IMG/VR virus record: IMGVR_UViG_3300011339_000343
Span: 1-38,343 of that record
Origin: a virus
Taxonomy: Duplodnaviria > Caudoviricetes
DNA: 38,343 nt
Strand: one strand, 5' to 3'
The number at the start of each line of letters is the position of its first letter. The first letter of the stretch is position 1. Under the pieces are notes generated by a model that searched no databases, was not told where the DNA came from, and saw nothing but the letters and a program-made list of their open reading frames with translations. Of the stretch, positions 1 through 7,373 are shown piece after piece. Position numbers and translations under genes: made by a program.

Positions 1-1
1 G

Positions 2-70
2 CGGATGGGTGCGGATGTCTGCGTCCTTACCGCCTACACCCCAGAGCAGCTGGGGGTGCCCACAACTTAA
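2..70 (+). CDS. 3' end of a hypothetical protein truncated by the window edge
   Basis: Open frame RMGADVCVLTAYTPEQLGVPTT ending at TAA 68-70, same strand as the downstream genes. Confidence 0.4.
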   Translation, partial: RMGADVCVLTAYTPEQLGVPTT

Positions 71-167
71 AACTTCTTAAGTTGCTCATCGAATCGCTGA
101 GAATGCCTGCGCTGCAAGCCTTTTCAGTGATCATGCTCGGGATTGTGTACTTTTGCAACTGGCACAC

Positions 168-196
168 TTGCCAGGTCGCTGGTGCTGTGTAACACT
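168..196 (+). promoter_or_regulatory. possible sigma70-type promoter
   Basis: TTGCCA(168-173)-N17-AACACT(191-196) with TG at 188-189, in the intergenic gap before ATG 245; the -10 match is imperfect. Confidence 0.3.
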
Positions 197-244
197 ACTG
201 TGCAGGAGGCGGAAGCTTCCTGCCTCAATCCTCTACTACATAAC

Positions 245-484
245 ATGCTTACCCACACTGAATTGGCCAACGAAAACCTCAGCCCCTGGTACTTTGCTGT
301 TCGCTACTCCGCTCTGGTGTTCCAGCAGCGCATCAATGACCTGGAGCAGCTCGGCCTTAACTGCAGCTATGACCGTCACAGCCTCCAGCACCTTCAAGAG
401 CTTGAGCAGTTTCTGAAGATGTCGTGGGACGTCTACATGGACAGCCTGGGATCCACCAACACCACCAAGGAACTTGCCAAATGA
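245..484 (+). CDS. hypothetical protein (79 aa)
   Basis: ORF 143..484; ATG 245 preferred over the upstream GTG; ends in ATGA overlap with the next gene. Confidence 0.75.
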   Translation: MLTHTELANENLSPWYFAVRYSALVFQQRINDLEQLGLNCSYDRHSLQHLQELEQFLKMSWDVYMDSLGSTNTTKELAK

Positions 485-744
485 ATCTCGACATCCTTGA
501 GATCTACGATGTTACGTTTACTGATGACGAACTCTGCGTGGTGCAAGCTATTGTCAAGGACGCGGCCATTGCTAACCCTCAGAGCCACGACGACCCAGAA
601 GAGTATTGCCCTGCCCTGTGCCGAGGCTCCTTCTACTTTTCTGACGAGGAGCTGATTCCAGCGACTGACGATGGACTCAAACAACTGTTCGCAGAACGCA
701 TCGACAACTGGGAACTGGTGGACACGTCGGATTGGGACGTCTAA
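481..744 (+). CDS. acidic hypothetical protein (87 aa)
   Basis: ATG 481 overlaps the upstream TGA (ATGA); D/E-rich sequence MNLDILEIYDVTF...DTSDWDV. Confidence 0.8.
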   Translation: MNLDILEIYDVTFTDDELCVVQAIVKDAAIANPQSHDDPEEYCPALCRGSFYFSDEELIPATDDGLKQLFAERIDNWELVDTSDWDV

Positions 745-1006
745 CGCCAGGGATCTTCGGAACTCTGACGACTACGACGACTGGGAATACGGCACTGAGC
801 CCATTCCATCCGACACAAGCTGGGTTAGACCTGCAACCCTGACCCAGCTTTTCCACAAGATCATTGCCAAGCTCGAACTTGCTGATACTGTGGATAGCCA
901 GAAGCTGGCCCGGCTTGTGATCCACGAAATCCTCAGCCTTCCAAGCTCCACTCTGTTAGACCTCAAAGCCCAGGATCCAAGTTTCAATGACCCAAACGCC
1001 AACTAA
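737..1006 (+). CDS. hypothetical protein, start uncertain (ACG 737 or ATG 671)
   Basis: Protein-like frame SNARDLRNSDDYDDWEYGTEPIP... fills the gap; no in-frame ATG near the upstream stop, but ACGTCTAA sits at 737-744. Confidence 0.65.
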   Translation, partial: TSNARDLRNSDDYDDWEYGTEPIPSDTSWVRPATLTQLFHKIIAKLELADTVDSQKLARLVIHEILSLPSSTLLDLKAQDPSFNDPNAN

Positions 1007-1247
1007 CGCTCCATTCTTCAGATCGTTCTTGCTTGGCAAGACTTTTTCACTGGAAGACATCAAAGAGGTGTCCGATGTGGACCTGGAGACTCTCAACATC
1101 GAAACACTTACAGCACTCAACGATGCTCGACACGATTATGCCAATCTCGATGATCGTCAGTCCAAGGAAGCAGGGCAAATTTTCTACCGTATGAAGGTGG
1201 CGAGCTACTTCCAGTCTGCGATCCAGATCGAGAAGAACAGCCCATAG
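987..1247 (+). CDS. hypothetical protein (86 aa)
   Basis: ORF tiling the + strand operon. Confidence 0.75.
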   Translation: MTQTPTNAPFFRSFLLGKTFSLEDIKEVSDVDLETLNIETLTALNDARHDYANLDDRQSKEAGQIFYRMKVASYFQSAIQIEKNSP

Positions 1248-1283
1248 CTGCTTCTCGTCAACGTATCAACCAACTTTTTTGAC

Positions 1284-1660
1284 ATGATCACTCTTCTTTC
1301 TGACCGCGAAACACATCAACTCACGTCTTATGTGACTGAGATTGCTGCTGCCATGGACAACATCACCTTCATCATTGGTGGTGCTCAAACTGTTCATATG
1401 GACGAGGCTGCCATCACCCCGTCTGTGCTGGCGCCTGTGGAAAAAGTTCCAGTCCAGTCTCAAGTTAAGACTCGTAAGTCCAAGCGCCATGTGAGGGCAC
1501 TGCTGCCTGAAAGCAAGGTGCTGGAGATCAAGCGGCGGCTTGCTCTGGTGAGCGGGCTGCGATCATCTGCCGGGACTACAAGGTGCATGTGACCACCATC
1601 AATGCCATCAAGTACGGCAAGACCTGGAACCACGTCCAACTCCAGGCAGCTGGCGCATGA
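1284..1660 (+). CDS. HTH DNA-binding protein interrupted by an apparent 1-nt frameshift near 1544
   Basis: Frame 0 ...ESKVLEIKRRLA continues in the -1 frame as SGERAAIICRDYKVHVTTINAIKYGKTWNHVQLQAAGA, ending TGA 1658-1660 in ATGA overlap with dcd; resembles the C-terminal HTH of 3829..4173. Confidence 0.7.
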
Positions 1661-2169
1661 TTCTCTGTGATACAGAGATCCGGGCCCTGTGCGAGCAGGG
1701 CCTTGTGACTCCCTACGATCCAGCCCTGGTGAATCCAGCCAGTCTCGATGTGAGACTCGGTTGCGATTTACTGGTTGAGGTGGCCGAATGGCCCACCATG
1801 ATCCCGATTGACATCGGTGGTCACACTGAGTCGGAGCCTTTCTACTTACAGCCCCACGAATTTGTGTTGGCTTGTACGGAAGAAACGTTCTACATGCCTA
1901 CCAATATCGCAGGGCAATTTGCGCTTAAGAGTTCCAGGGCAAGATCAGGCATTGAGCACCTCATGGCTGGTTATTGTGATCCGGGTTGGAGTGGATCCAA
2001 GCTTACGTTGGAGTTACAGAATGCACGTTCTATGCACCCTGTTGCTATTTGGCCTGGGATGCGTATTGGGCAGATTGTATTCCATCGCATGTCACAAACT
2101 CCAGCTCAAGATTATTCAATTACTGGCCATTACAACTTTGACCCCACCGTTACCGCTTCCAAAACATGA
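1657..2169 (+). CDS. dcd: dCTP deaminase (trimeric dUTPase superfamily)
   Basis: Motifs NPASLDVRLG, LKSSRARSGI, AGYCDPGWSG, LTLEL, PGMRIGQIVF. Confidence 0.92.
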   Translation: MILCDTEIRALCEQGLVTPYDPALVNPASLDVRLGCDLLVEVAEWPTMIPIDIGGHTESEPFYLQPHEFVLACTEETFYMPTNIAGQFALKSSRARSGIEHLMAGYCDPGWSGSKLTLELQNARSMHPVAIWPGMRIGQIVFHRMSQTPAQDYSITGHYNFDPTVTASKT

Positions 2170-2438
2170 ACGACATTCAGGCAACACTTGACGAACGTGG
2201 ATCACGTTACGGTGATTTCATGGGCCACGCAGAAATTACCTGTGAGCTTAAAGGTGCTATTGCTCAGTACGCAATAACACGCGAGAAAAAACTAGAGCCT
2301 GATCAACTCGAAGCACTGGATATGATCTGCCACAAAATTGGGCGGATCCTTAATGGTGATCCAGACTATGCAGACTCGTGGCATGACATTGCTGGTTATG
2401 CCCAACTTGTTGCTAACCGTTTAAATAGTGATCAGTAA
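2166..2438 (+). CDS. DUF6378-like helical protein, possibly nucleotide-metabolism associated
   Basis: TLDERGSRYGDF...ALDMICHKIGRILNGDPDYADSWHDIAGYAQLV pattern. Confidence 0.75.
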   Translation: MNDIQATLDERGSRYGDFMGHAEITCELKGAIAQYAITREKKLEPDQLEALDMICHKIGRILNGDPDYADSWHDIAGYAQLVANRLNSDQ

Positions 2439-2463
2439 ACACTACGCAATTCGCAAATAGCAA

Positions 2464-2799
2464 ATGACTGTCCAACACCCAATCACCCCGCCACCTGAGC
2501 TGGTGCAGCAGTGGTGTCATCAAGAAGGCGACGAGATTAAAACGTCCCCTCGGTGGTTTCAAATCGTTGCCACTCAAGCCGCCCGCTGGGGCGCCGACCA
2601 GGAGCTTGAGGCTTGTTGTGCAGAGATGCTTTGGCAAGAAGGCAGCTCTCTGGCTGCAAAACTCCGCGACCGCCGCCGCCCCAAGCCGCCAAGCTTGAAG
2701 GAGCAGGCGCTAAAAGCGTTGCATACTTCGGTTGATCTTGACGAGTTTCCGAAGCAGTACGACACCATCCGCCGCGCCCTGGAGGCACTTCCCGAATGA
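2464..2799 (+). CDS. small modular phage protein, PPP...LKEQA...IRRALEALP type
   Basis: Blocks HPITPPPELVQQW, ARWGADQELEACC, RRPKPPSLKEQAL, TIRRALEALP; paralog module at 3199..3525. Confidence 0.85.
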   Translation: MTVQHPITPPPELVQQWCHQEGDEIKTSPRWFQIVATQAARWGADQELEACCAEMLWQEGSSLAAKLRDRRRPKPPSLKEQALKALHTSVDLDEFPKQYDTIRRALEALPE

Positions 2800-2981
2800 T
2801 TAACATCGACTCAAACCAAGGCCGCATTGGCGAGTTCTGGTGGATCAATTCCGACCAGTCCACGCTGCGGCGCGTGAGCACCATTTTTGCAGGTGCTCAC
2901 ATTCACCTCGATCTCGTCCAGTGGGGTAGCTGCGGCTTCGGCCGCGACATCAAGATCGCTATGGAGCAGATTGATGACTGA
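2796..2981 (+). CDS. hypothetical protein (61 aa)
   Basis: ATGA overlap at 5' end, ATGACTGA overlap at 3' end, GGAGG upstream. Confidence 0.7.
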   Translation: MINIDSNQGRIGEFWWINSDQSTLRRVSTIFAGAHIHLDLVQWGSCGFGRDIKIAMEQIDD

Positions 2982-3525
2982 CTGGGTAAAGAAAGCTGGT
3001 AAAGCCAAGATCCGCGAAAAAGCACAGGCAATCTTAGACGCCGTAGACGAAGCTCTATGGAAGGACAATCCACGCTTTAACGCCGAATACAGAGCAGCGT
3101 CTGCTGCCTTGCTGGAAGCCCTCAACCAAACGCAAAACGGACAAGGAATGATTTCTGCTGCTGATTTACACTTGATCGCCATGGAAATGGAAAAAACTAT
3201 GACTGACCATATTGTTGACGCTAACAAAATGGTTCCTCCTCCTCACCTGCTGAAAAAGTTTTCAGAGCAGGCGCGGGTGGACAGCAAAAGGCGGGGCCAT
3301 TCTGGCTATTGCAAGACTTTTGCAAAGCTTTGCATTGATTGGGCGCTGCTTTGCATTGATTGGGCGCTGAATTCCCAACCAAGCGCCGCCCTTGCTGAGC
3401 CTCCGACGCTGAAGGAGCAGGCTCAAGCCGAACTTGACCGCCTGATTGCTCTTATCCCCACAGAAGGAGCAATGGCAATGGCGGAACCCATCCGCAAAGC
3501 ACTGGAGGCATTGCCCAATGACTGA
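2974..3525 (+). CDS. two small modules read in one frame (2974-3198 and 3199-3525); possibly two genes
   Basis: ATG 2974 overlaps the upstream stop; a second ATGACTGACCA start lies at 3199; each half resembles a neighbouring gene. Confidence 0.75.
   Translation: MTDWVKKAGKAKIREKAQAILDAVDEALWKDNPRFNAEYRAASAALLEALNQTQNGQGMISAADLHLIAMEMEKTMTDHIVDANKMVPPPHLLKKFSEQARVDSKRRGHSGYCKTFAKLCIDWALLCIDWALNSQPSAALAEPPTLKEQAQAELDRLIALIPTEGAMAMAEPIRKALEALPND
3328..3369 (+). repeat. perfect 21-bp in-frame tandem duplication
   Basis: CTTTGCATTGATTGGGCGCTG x2 encoding LCIDWAL-LCIDWAL. Confidence 0.95.
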
Positions 3526-3832
3526 CCACATTCCCAACGATCTCAGCCACCTCAGCAATGCAGAGTTCAACGCACTCTGCCCGCAAGGTGAACACGCACC
3601 GGGGCCAGCGCCTCTCTCCCCCGCCGCGCAGGCAGTTGCTTGGGCGTATGACAACGCACCTGAAAGACCAACAGGAAACCACCGTTACCACTGGATTGCC
3701 GCCGCCCTTCGCGCTGTTGCGGATGAGGTGGTGCCAGTGCCAAAACTTCCGTATGACTCTTGTTGCGATGTTTACGCATCGGCTATCCGCGCCGAACTCC
3801 TCGCCATCGTCATCGAACTGGAGGCCCAATGA
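3518..3832 (+). CDS. small modular phage protein, LSPAAQAV...AAALRA...LLAI.ELE type (104 aa)
   Basis: ATG 3518 in ATGACTGA overlap, GGAGG upstream, ATGA overlap at 3' end. Confidence 0.85.
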   Translation: MTDHIPNDLSHLSNAEFNALCPQGEHAPGPAPLSPAAQAVAWAYDNAPERPTGNHRYHWIAAALRAVADEVVPVPKLPYDSCCDVYASAIRAELLAIVIELEAQ

Positions 3833-4173
3833 GATGTCGTACATGCAACAGTCGTAATACCCGTGTTACATCAACTGATTACAAAAGTTCAACAGTAACA
3901 TTGCGTTATTGCCGGTGTTTAGATTGTAAAGCACACTATACAACAAGAGAAACATATGTAGTGTTTAAGCCAGGTCCAAAAGTAGGGTCTAAAACAGGTC
4001 CCAAGCAAATTGGATCTGAAAATCATCAATCAGTATTGACTGAAGCTGATGTAATAAGGCTTAGATACATGTACCAGAAGGGAACAAAACAAGTAGAACT
4101 TGTAAAGATATTCGGAGTTAGCCCGCCTGTTATTTCTAGAGTCATCAACCGCAAAGCCTGGACCCATGTCTAA
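3829..4173 (+). CDS. zinc-ribbon plus HTH putative transcription regulator (114 aa)
   Basis: N-terminal CxxC...CxxC (MRCRTCNSRNTRV...RYCRCLDCKAHYTTRE, NrdR/Ogr-like ribbon); C-terminal GSENHQSVLTEADV...FGVS...ISRVINRKAWTHV HTH. Confidence 0.8.
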   Translation: MRCRTCNSRNTRVTSTDYKSSTVTLRYCRCLDCKAHYTTRETYVVFKPGPKVGSKTGPKQIGSENHQSVLTEADVIRLRYMYQKGTKQVELVKIFGVSPPVISRVINRKAWTHV

Positions 4174-4471
4174 AGTCAAACCACTTGTCAAGTTTTGTGA
4201 AGGTGATCGGATTGCCGAAAAACCCAAGGCGAGCTACATCCAGATCAACAGCAAAGAAACTAACGACCGGATTGCCCCGTACCGTACACAGCGTCTTGGA
4301 ACTGTTCTTGGTTACGTGTATCAAACCACCCGCACAGGCAGAAAAACTCCCTACGTTCGAGTTCAGTGGGACCACCTGGAGTCGCCCAGTCTTCATGCCC
4401 AGATGCGACTCTGCTTGGAGTGCGAGCTGGACAGCGTTAAAGCTGACTACTGCAACTCCGTTGCACCGTGA
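4166..4471 (+). CDS. hypothetical protein, possible SH3-like beta barrel
   Basis: KF.EGDRI...GTVLG...YVRVQWD pattern; ATGTCTAA overlap with the upstream gene. Confidence 0.75.
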   Translation: MSKVKPLVKFCEGDRIAEKPKASYIQINSKETNDRIAPYRTQRLGTVLGYVYQTTRTGRKTPYVRVQWDHLESPSLHAQMRLCLECELDSVKADYCNSVAP

Positions 4472-4521
4472 GTTTGTAACGGTTTGTGTCGTCTGCAGCC
4501 CCGGTACCGCTGCCCGTGTAG

Positions 4522-4527
4522 TACAGT
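4522..4527 (+). promoter_or_regulatory. putative -10 element TACAGT ahead of the 4557/polA unit
   Basis: TAnnnT in an intergenic gap 30 nt before ATG 4557; same hexamer recurs before other units. Confidence 0.45.
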
Positions 4528-4556
4528 AGTCGAGTTCGCCCCACACAGGCCACACC

Positions 4557-4832
4557 ATGATCAATGATTTTGACCAAGCCTCCAAGCTTATCTGCGACTT
4601 CCATCGCAAACTCGAAGTAGTCGTCAAGCGGGATTCCAGCCGTCACATGATGGATGCCCACATGCCCCCCGGCCTTTTGATGCTGCTGGAGGATGAGCTG
4701 ATGCCTTTGCTCGCTGAGGCCATCAATGACATTGAGTACGACCCCACGCCCCAGTACGCAGAAGAGCCTGGTATCACCATGACTGAGATGCATAGTGCTG
4801 CATGGGCCGAGCACCAAGCAATGCACTCCTGA
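4557..4832 (+). CDS. hypothetical protein (91 aa)
   Basis: ORF ending 3 nt before polA. Confidence 0.75.
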   Translation: MINDFDQASKLICDFHRKLEVVVKRDSSRHMMDAHMPPGLLMLLEDELMPLLAEAINDIEYDPTPQYAEEPGITMTEMHSAAWAEHQAMHS

Positions 4833-4835
4833 TCC

Positions 4836-6659
4836 ATGAACTACTTAATGGGCATCGAGCACGTTGCCTCGATGCAGAATGCAACCACCATTGCATTTGA
4901 CTGTGAAACGACTGGCCTCCAGCCCACTCCTGGGGGCCTACGGCTGCTGCAGTTTGCAGCACTTGATCGGATGCCAGTGATCGTCGATTGCTGGGATCTC
5001 GATGACGATGGCTGGAATGTGCTGCAGGAGCTATTTAATCAGCAGCGGTTTTGGCTGGCGCACAATGCTGCGTTTGACATTGGCTGGCTCCAGGTGCATG
5101 GTATCCACCCGGTTGGTACCATCCGCTGCACCATGCTGGCTAGTCGCATCCTGACCAACGGGATGCCCAACCTGAAGCATGGTCTGGCCCATGTGGTCAA
5201 GCGCTACCTGAAGCTGGACGTCTCCAAGGAACAGCAGAAAAGCGACTGGTCTGGCGACTTAAGTGATGAGCAGCTGGACTATGCCGCCTACGATGCCGAG
5301 TTACTGATCCAGCTAGACGGCCCCATCAACCAGCGGATGGCTGAGGGTAACTTACACAGGGCCTGGGATCTGGAGTGCCGGGCGCTCCGGTCCATGGCCT
5401 TATTGAACCGAACGGGCCTTCCCTTTAACAAGCAGCTGCTCGACAAACTTATTGACGATCTTGATGATGATCACTTTGAGGCTGGAGAAGCTTTTATCGC
5501 TAACTTTGATGCTGCTTTACCTGACGATCACAAGTTACCCAGGGATCCTGAACACAACACTATCCTCTATAAAAAAGAGGATGCCGAACGTGCTGGCACT
5601 AAAGAGTTTTTCAATCTGAATAGTCCCGTTCAGTTACTCAAAAAGTTCACCGCATTGTTGGGTGAGCCACCTATTGATCAAAAGTCTGGTAAGCCGAGTT
5701 CCAGCAAACTGGCGCTTCAGGAGTATATCGGAAACCACCCGGTTATTGCGGAGTACCTGAAGTGGAAGCGGCTTGAGAAGCGGCGCCAAATGGCTGAGAC
5801 ACTGTTCAAGAACATTACGGATGATGGTTTTATCAAGGCCAGCTATATGCAACTTGGGGCGGACACGGGTCGTATGTCCTGTATGTCGCCCAACCTCCAG
5901 CAAATACCAAGAGACGTAAGGTTTCGGGCCTGCGTCCAGGCTCCAGAGGGATTCAAACTGGTGGTGGCGGACTACGCGCAGATGGAGTTGAGGCTGGCTG
6001 CAGCCGAGGCAAACGATGCGCTGATGATCCAGGCGTTCCAGGAAGGGACGGACTTGCACACTCTTACGGCGATGCAGATCTATGGCGTTGATGAGGCCGA
6101 TGTCACCAAGGACCAACGACAAATTGCTAAGTCAGCCAATTTTGGCTTGCTGTATGGCAGCGGAGCGAAAGGATTGCGGAATTACGCCGCCTCGACGGGA
6201 ATCCAAATGGATTTGGCTGAGGCTGCGGAAATCAGGGAAAAATTCCACGCTGCTTACAAGGGCATCAGCAAATGGCAGCGGGAGAATGCTCGGGCTGCTG
6301 ATGCGTCTTCGGGCCTTGCACCCATCTACATTCGCCGCTCGGGGTTCCGGCGGTTTCTTCCTGGTGAGAACAACAAACTCACCACGCGCTGCAACACACC
6401 GATCCAAGGTGCTGGCGCAGCTGTTCTCAAGCGGACCCTCGGCAAACTGTGGGAGCCGCTCCACGCAGACGGGGAAGACATCGTGCGTTTAGCTGGTGTG
6501 ATACACGACGAAGTTATCTTATTGGTGCGGGAGGATCATGCTGAGTCATGGGCCGAGCAGCTGGCCGCCATCATGCAGGATGCTGAGGCAGAGTGGCTTG
6601 ACGACGTTCCACCCCTGGCGGAGGCCAAGATCGGAGACTCATGGGACCAAGCCAAATGA
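4836..6659 (+). CDS. polA: DNA polymerase family A with 3'-5' exonuclease, no 5'-3' exonuclease domain
   Basis: ExoI IAFDCETTG, ExoII AHNAAFD, ExoIII YAAYDA; motif A VVADYAQMELR, motif B RQIAKSANFGLLYG, motif C IHDEV. Confidence 0.97.
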   Translation: MNYLMGIEHVASMQNATTIAFDCETTGLQPTPGGLRLLQFAALDRMPVIVDCWDLDDDGWNVLQELFNQQRFWLAHNAAFDIGWLQVHGIHPVGTIRCTMLASRILTNGMPNLKHGLAHVVKRYLKLDVSKEQQKSDWSGDLSDEQLDYAAYDAELLIQLDGPINQRMAEGNLHRAWDLECRALRSMALLNRTGLPFNKQLLDKLIDDLDDDHFEAGEAFIANFDAALPDDHKLPRDPEHNTILYKKEDAERAGTKEFFNLNSPVQLLKKFTALLGEPPIDQKSGKPSSSKLALQEYIGNHPVIAEYLKWKRLEKRRQMAETLFKNITDDGFIKASYMQLGADTGRMSCMSPNLQQIPRDVRFRACVQAPEGFKLVVADYAQMELRLAAAEANDALMIQAFQEGTDLHTLTAMQIYGVDEADVTKDQRQIAKSANFGLLYGSGAKGLRNYAASTGIQMDLAEAAEIREKFHAAYKGISKWQRENARAADASSGLAPIYIRRSGFRRFLPGENNKLTTRCNTPIQGAGAAVLKRTLGKLWEPLHADGEDIVRLAGVIHDEVILLVREDHAESWAEQLAAIMQDAEAEWLDDVPPLAEAKIGDSWDQAK

Positions 6660-6814
6660 CGTATTACCAGGTATTACTCCGTCCCAAGCAGGGGGTGATA
6701 CATGCCTACACGGTCGAAGCTGAGGATGCGTTCCATGCTAGGCAGCTGGCCTTGGCACGTTTTCCACAGGACACCATCGTCAAAATCATGACAGTCTCAA
6801 GTCGAGACGCATGA
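6656..6814 (+). CDS. small hypothetical protein (52 aa), missed by the ORF track
   Basis: MTYYQVLLRPKQGVIHAYTVEAEDAFHARQLALARFPQDTIVKIMTVSSRDA with ATGA overlaps at both ends. Confidence 0.8.
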   Translation: MTYYQVLLRPKQGVIHAYTVEAEDAFHARQLALARFPQDTIVKIMTVSSRDA

Positions 6815-7026
6815 GTCCAGCCCGCACGGGAAGGCAGATTATTCTTGACTGGCTATACGAGGAGATTCGGCAGGCTAAGACTGCTGATCTCCAGCGTATG
6901 GCCGGTTTTTTGGCGTGGGCCAAAGAAGTTAGGAAGGGGTGTGCCAAGACTCGGAGCACCAGCCGGAAGGCGCAGCTTGGGGCGTGGCGGAAAAAGGTGG
7001 ATCAGGACGTTAGGTGGGGCGGCTAG
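6811..7026 (+). CDS. basic hypothetical protein (71 aa)
   Basis: ATGA-coupled ORF. Confidence 0.75.
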   Translation: MSPARTGRQIILDWLYEEIRQAKTADLQRMAGFLAWAKEVRKGCAKTRSTSRKAQLGAWRKKVDQDVRWGG

Positions 7027-7030
7027 TGTG

Positions 7031-7062
7031 GTACATTGTGATACTATGTAGCAGAGTAGACT
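7031..7062 (+). promoter_or_regulatory. promoter region with two candidate -10 boxes and a GTA-N8-TAC palindrome
   Basis: TGaTACTAT (-10 at 7042-7047), TAGACT 7057-7062 seven nt before ATG 7070, GTAcattgtgaTAC 7031-7044. Confidence 0.5.
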
Positions 7063-7069
7063 GCAGGCT

Positions 7070-7333
7070 ATGCCGCTTAAGCACGGACAGAAATTTTATT
7101 GCCAGCTGTTGTTGGATAGGAATCGTTACGAGTTGGTAGAGCAACTGGCTGTTCGAGAGGGCAAGCGGGTGACGGCGTACTTGCGGGATATGGTCTATGC
7201 CGCATTGGAGAAGGCTGTTCCAGGTTCGGAGTACAGGGCAGCTGAGGCGGCGGATCATGCGGCATGGGCAGACTCCGTGAAGAGGCGGGTACAAGGAAGG
7301 ATGCGTCCCAAGCAAGCCGAAACCGAATCATGA
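7070..7333 (+). CDS. putative ribbon-helix-helix DNA-binding protein
   Basis: FYCQLLLDRNRYELVEQLAVREGKRVTAYLRDMVYAALEK strand-helix-helix pattern. Confidence 0.65.
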   Translation: MPLKHGQKFYCQLLLDRNRYELVEQLAVREGKRVTAYLRDMVYAALEKAVPGSEYRAAEAADHAAWADSVKRRVQGRMRPKQAETES

Positions 7334-7373
7334 TCTGCTAAACTGCTACAGTACACACGATTTTATTGGACCT

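Noticed and set aside
2464-3832. Array as CRISPR or integron
   Set aside because: Repeats are short, coding and irregularly spaced; no attC-like structures, integrase or cas genes
4836-6659. Polymerase as DpoZ of a 2-aminoadenine genome
   Set aside because: No purZ/datZ/mazZ recognisable in the window and no diagnostic I can read from the sequence
6763-6771. TCC-ACA-GGA as a further triloop hairpin
   Set aside because: Only 3 bp and in the opposite orientation relative to its mRNA
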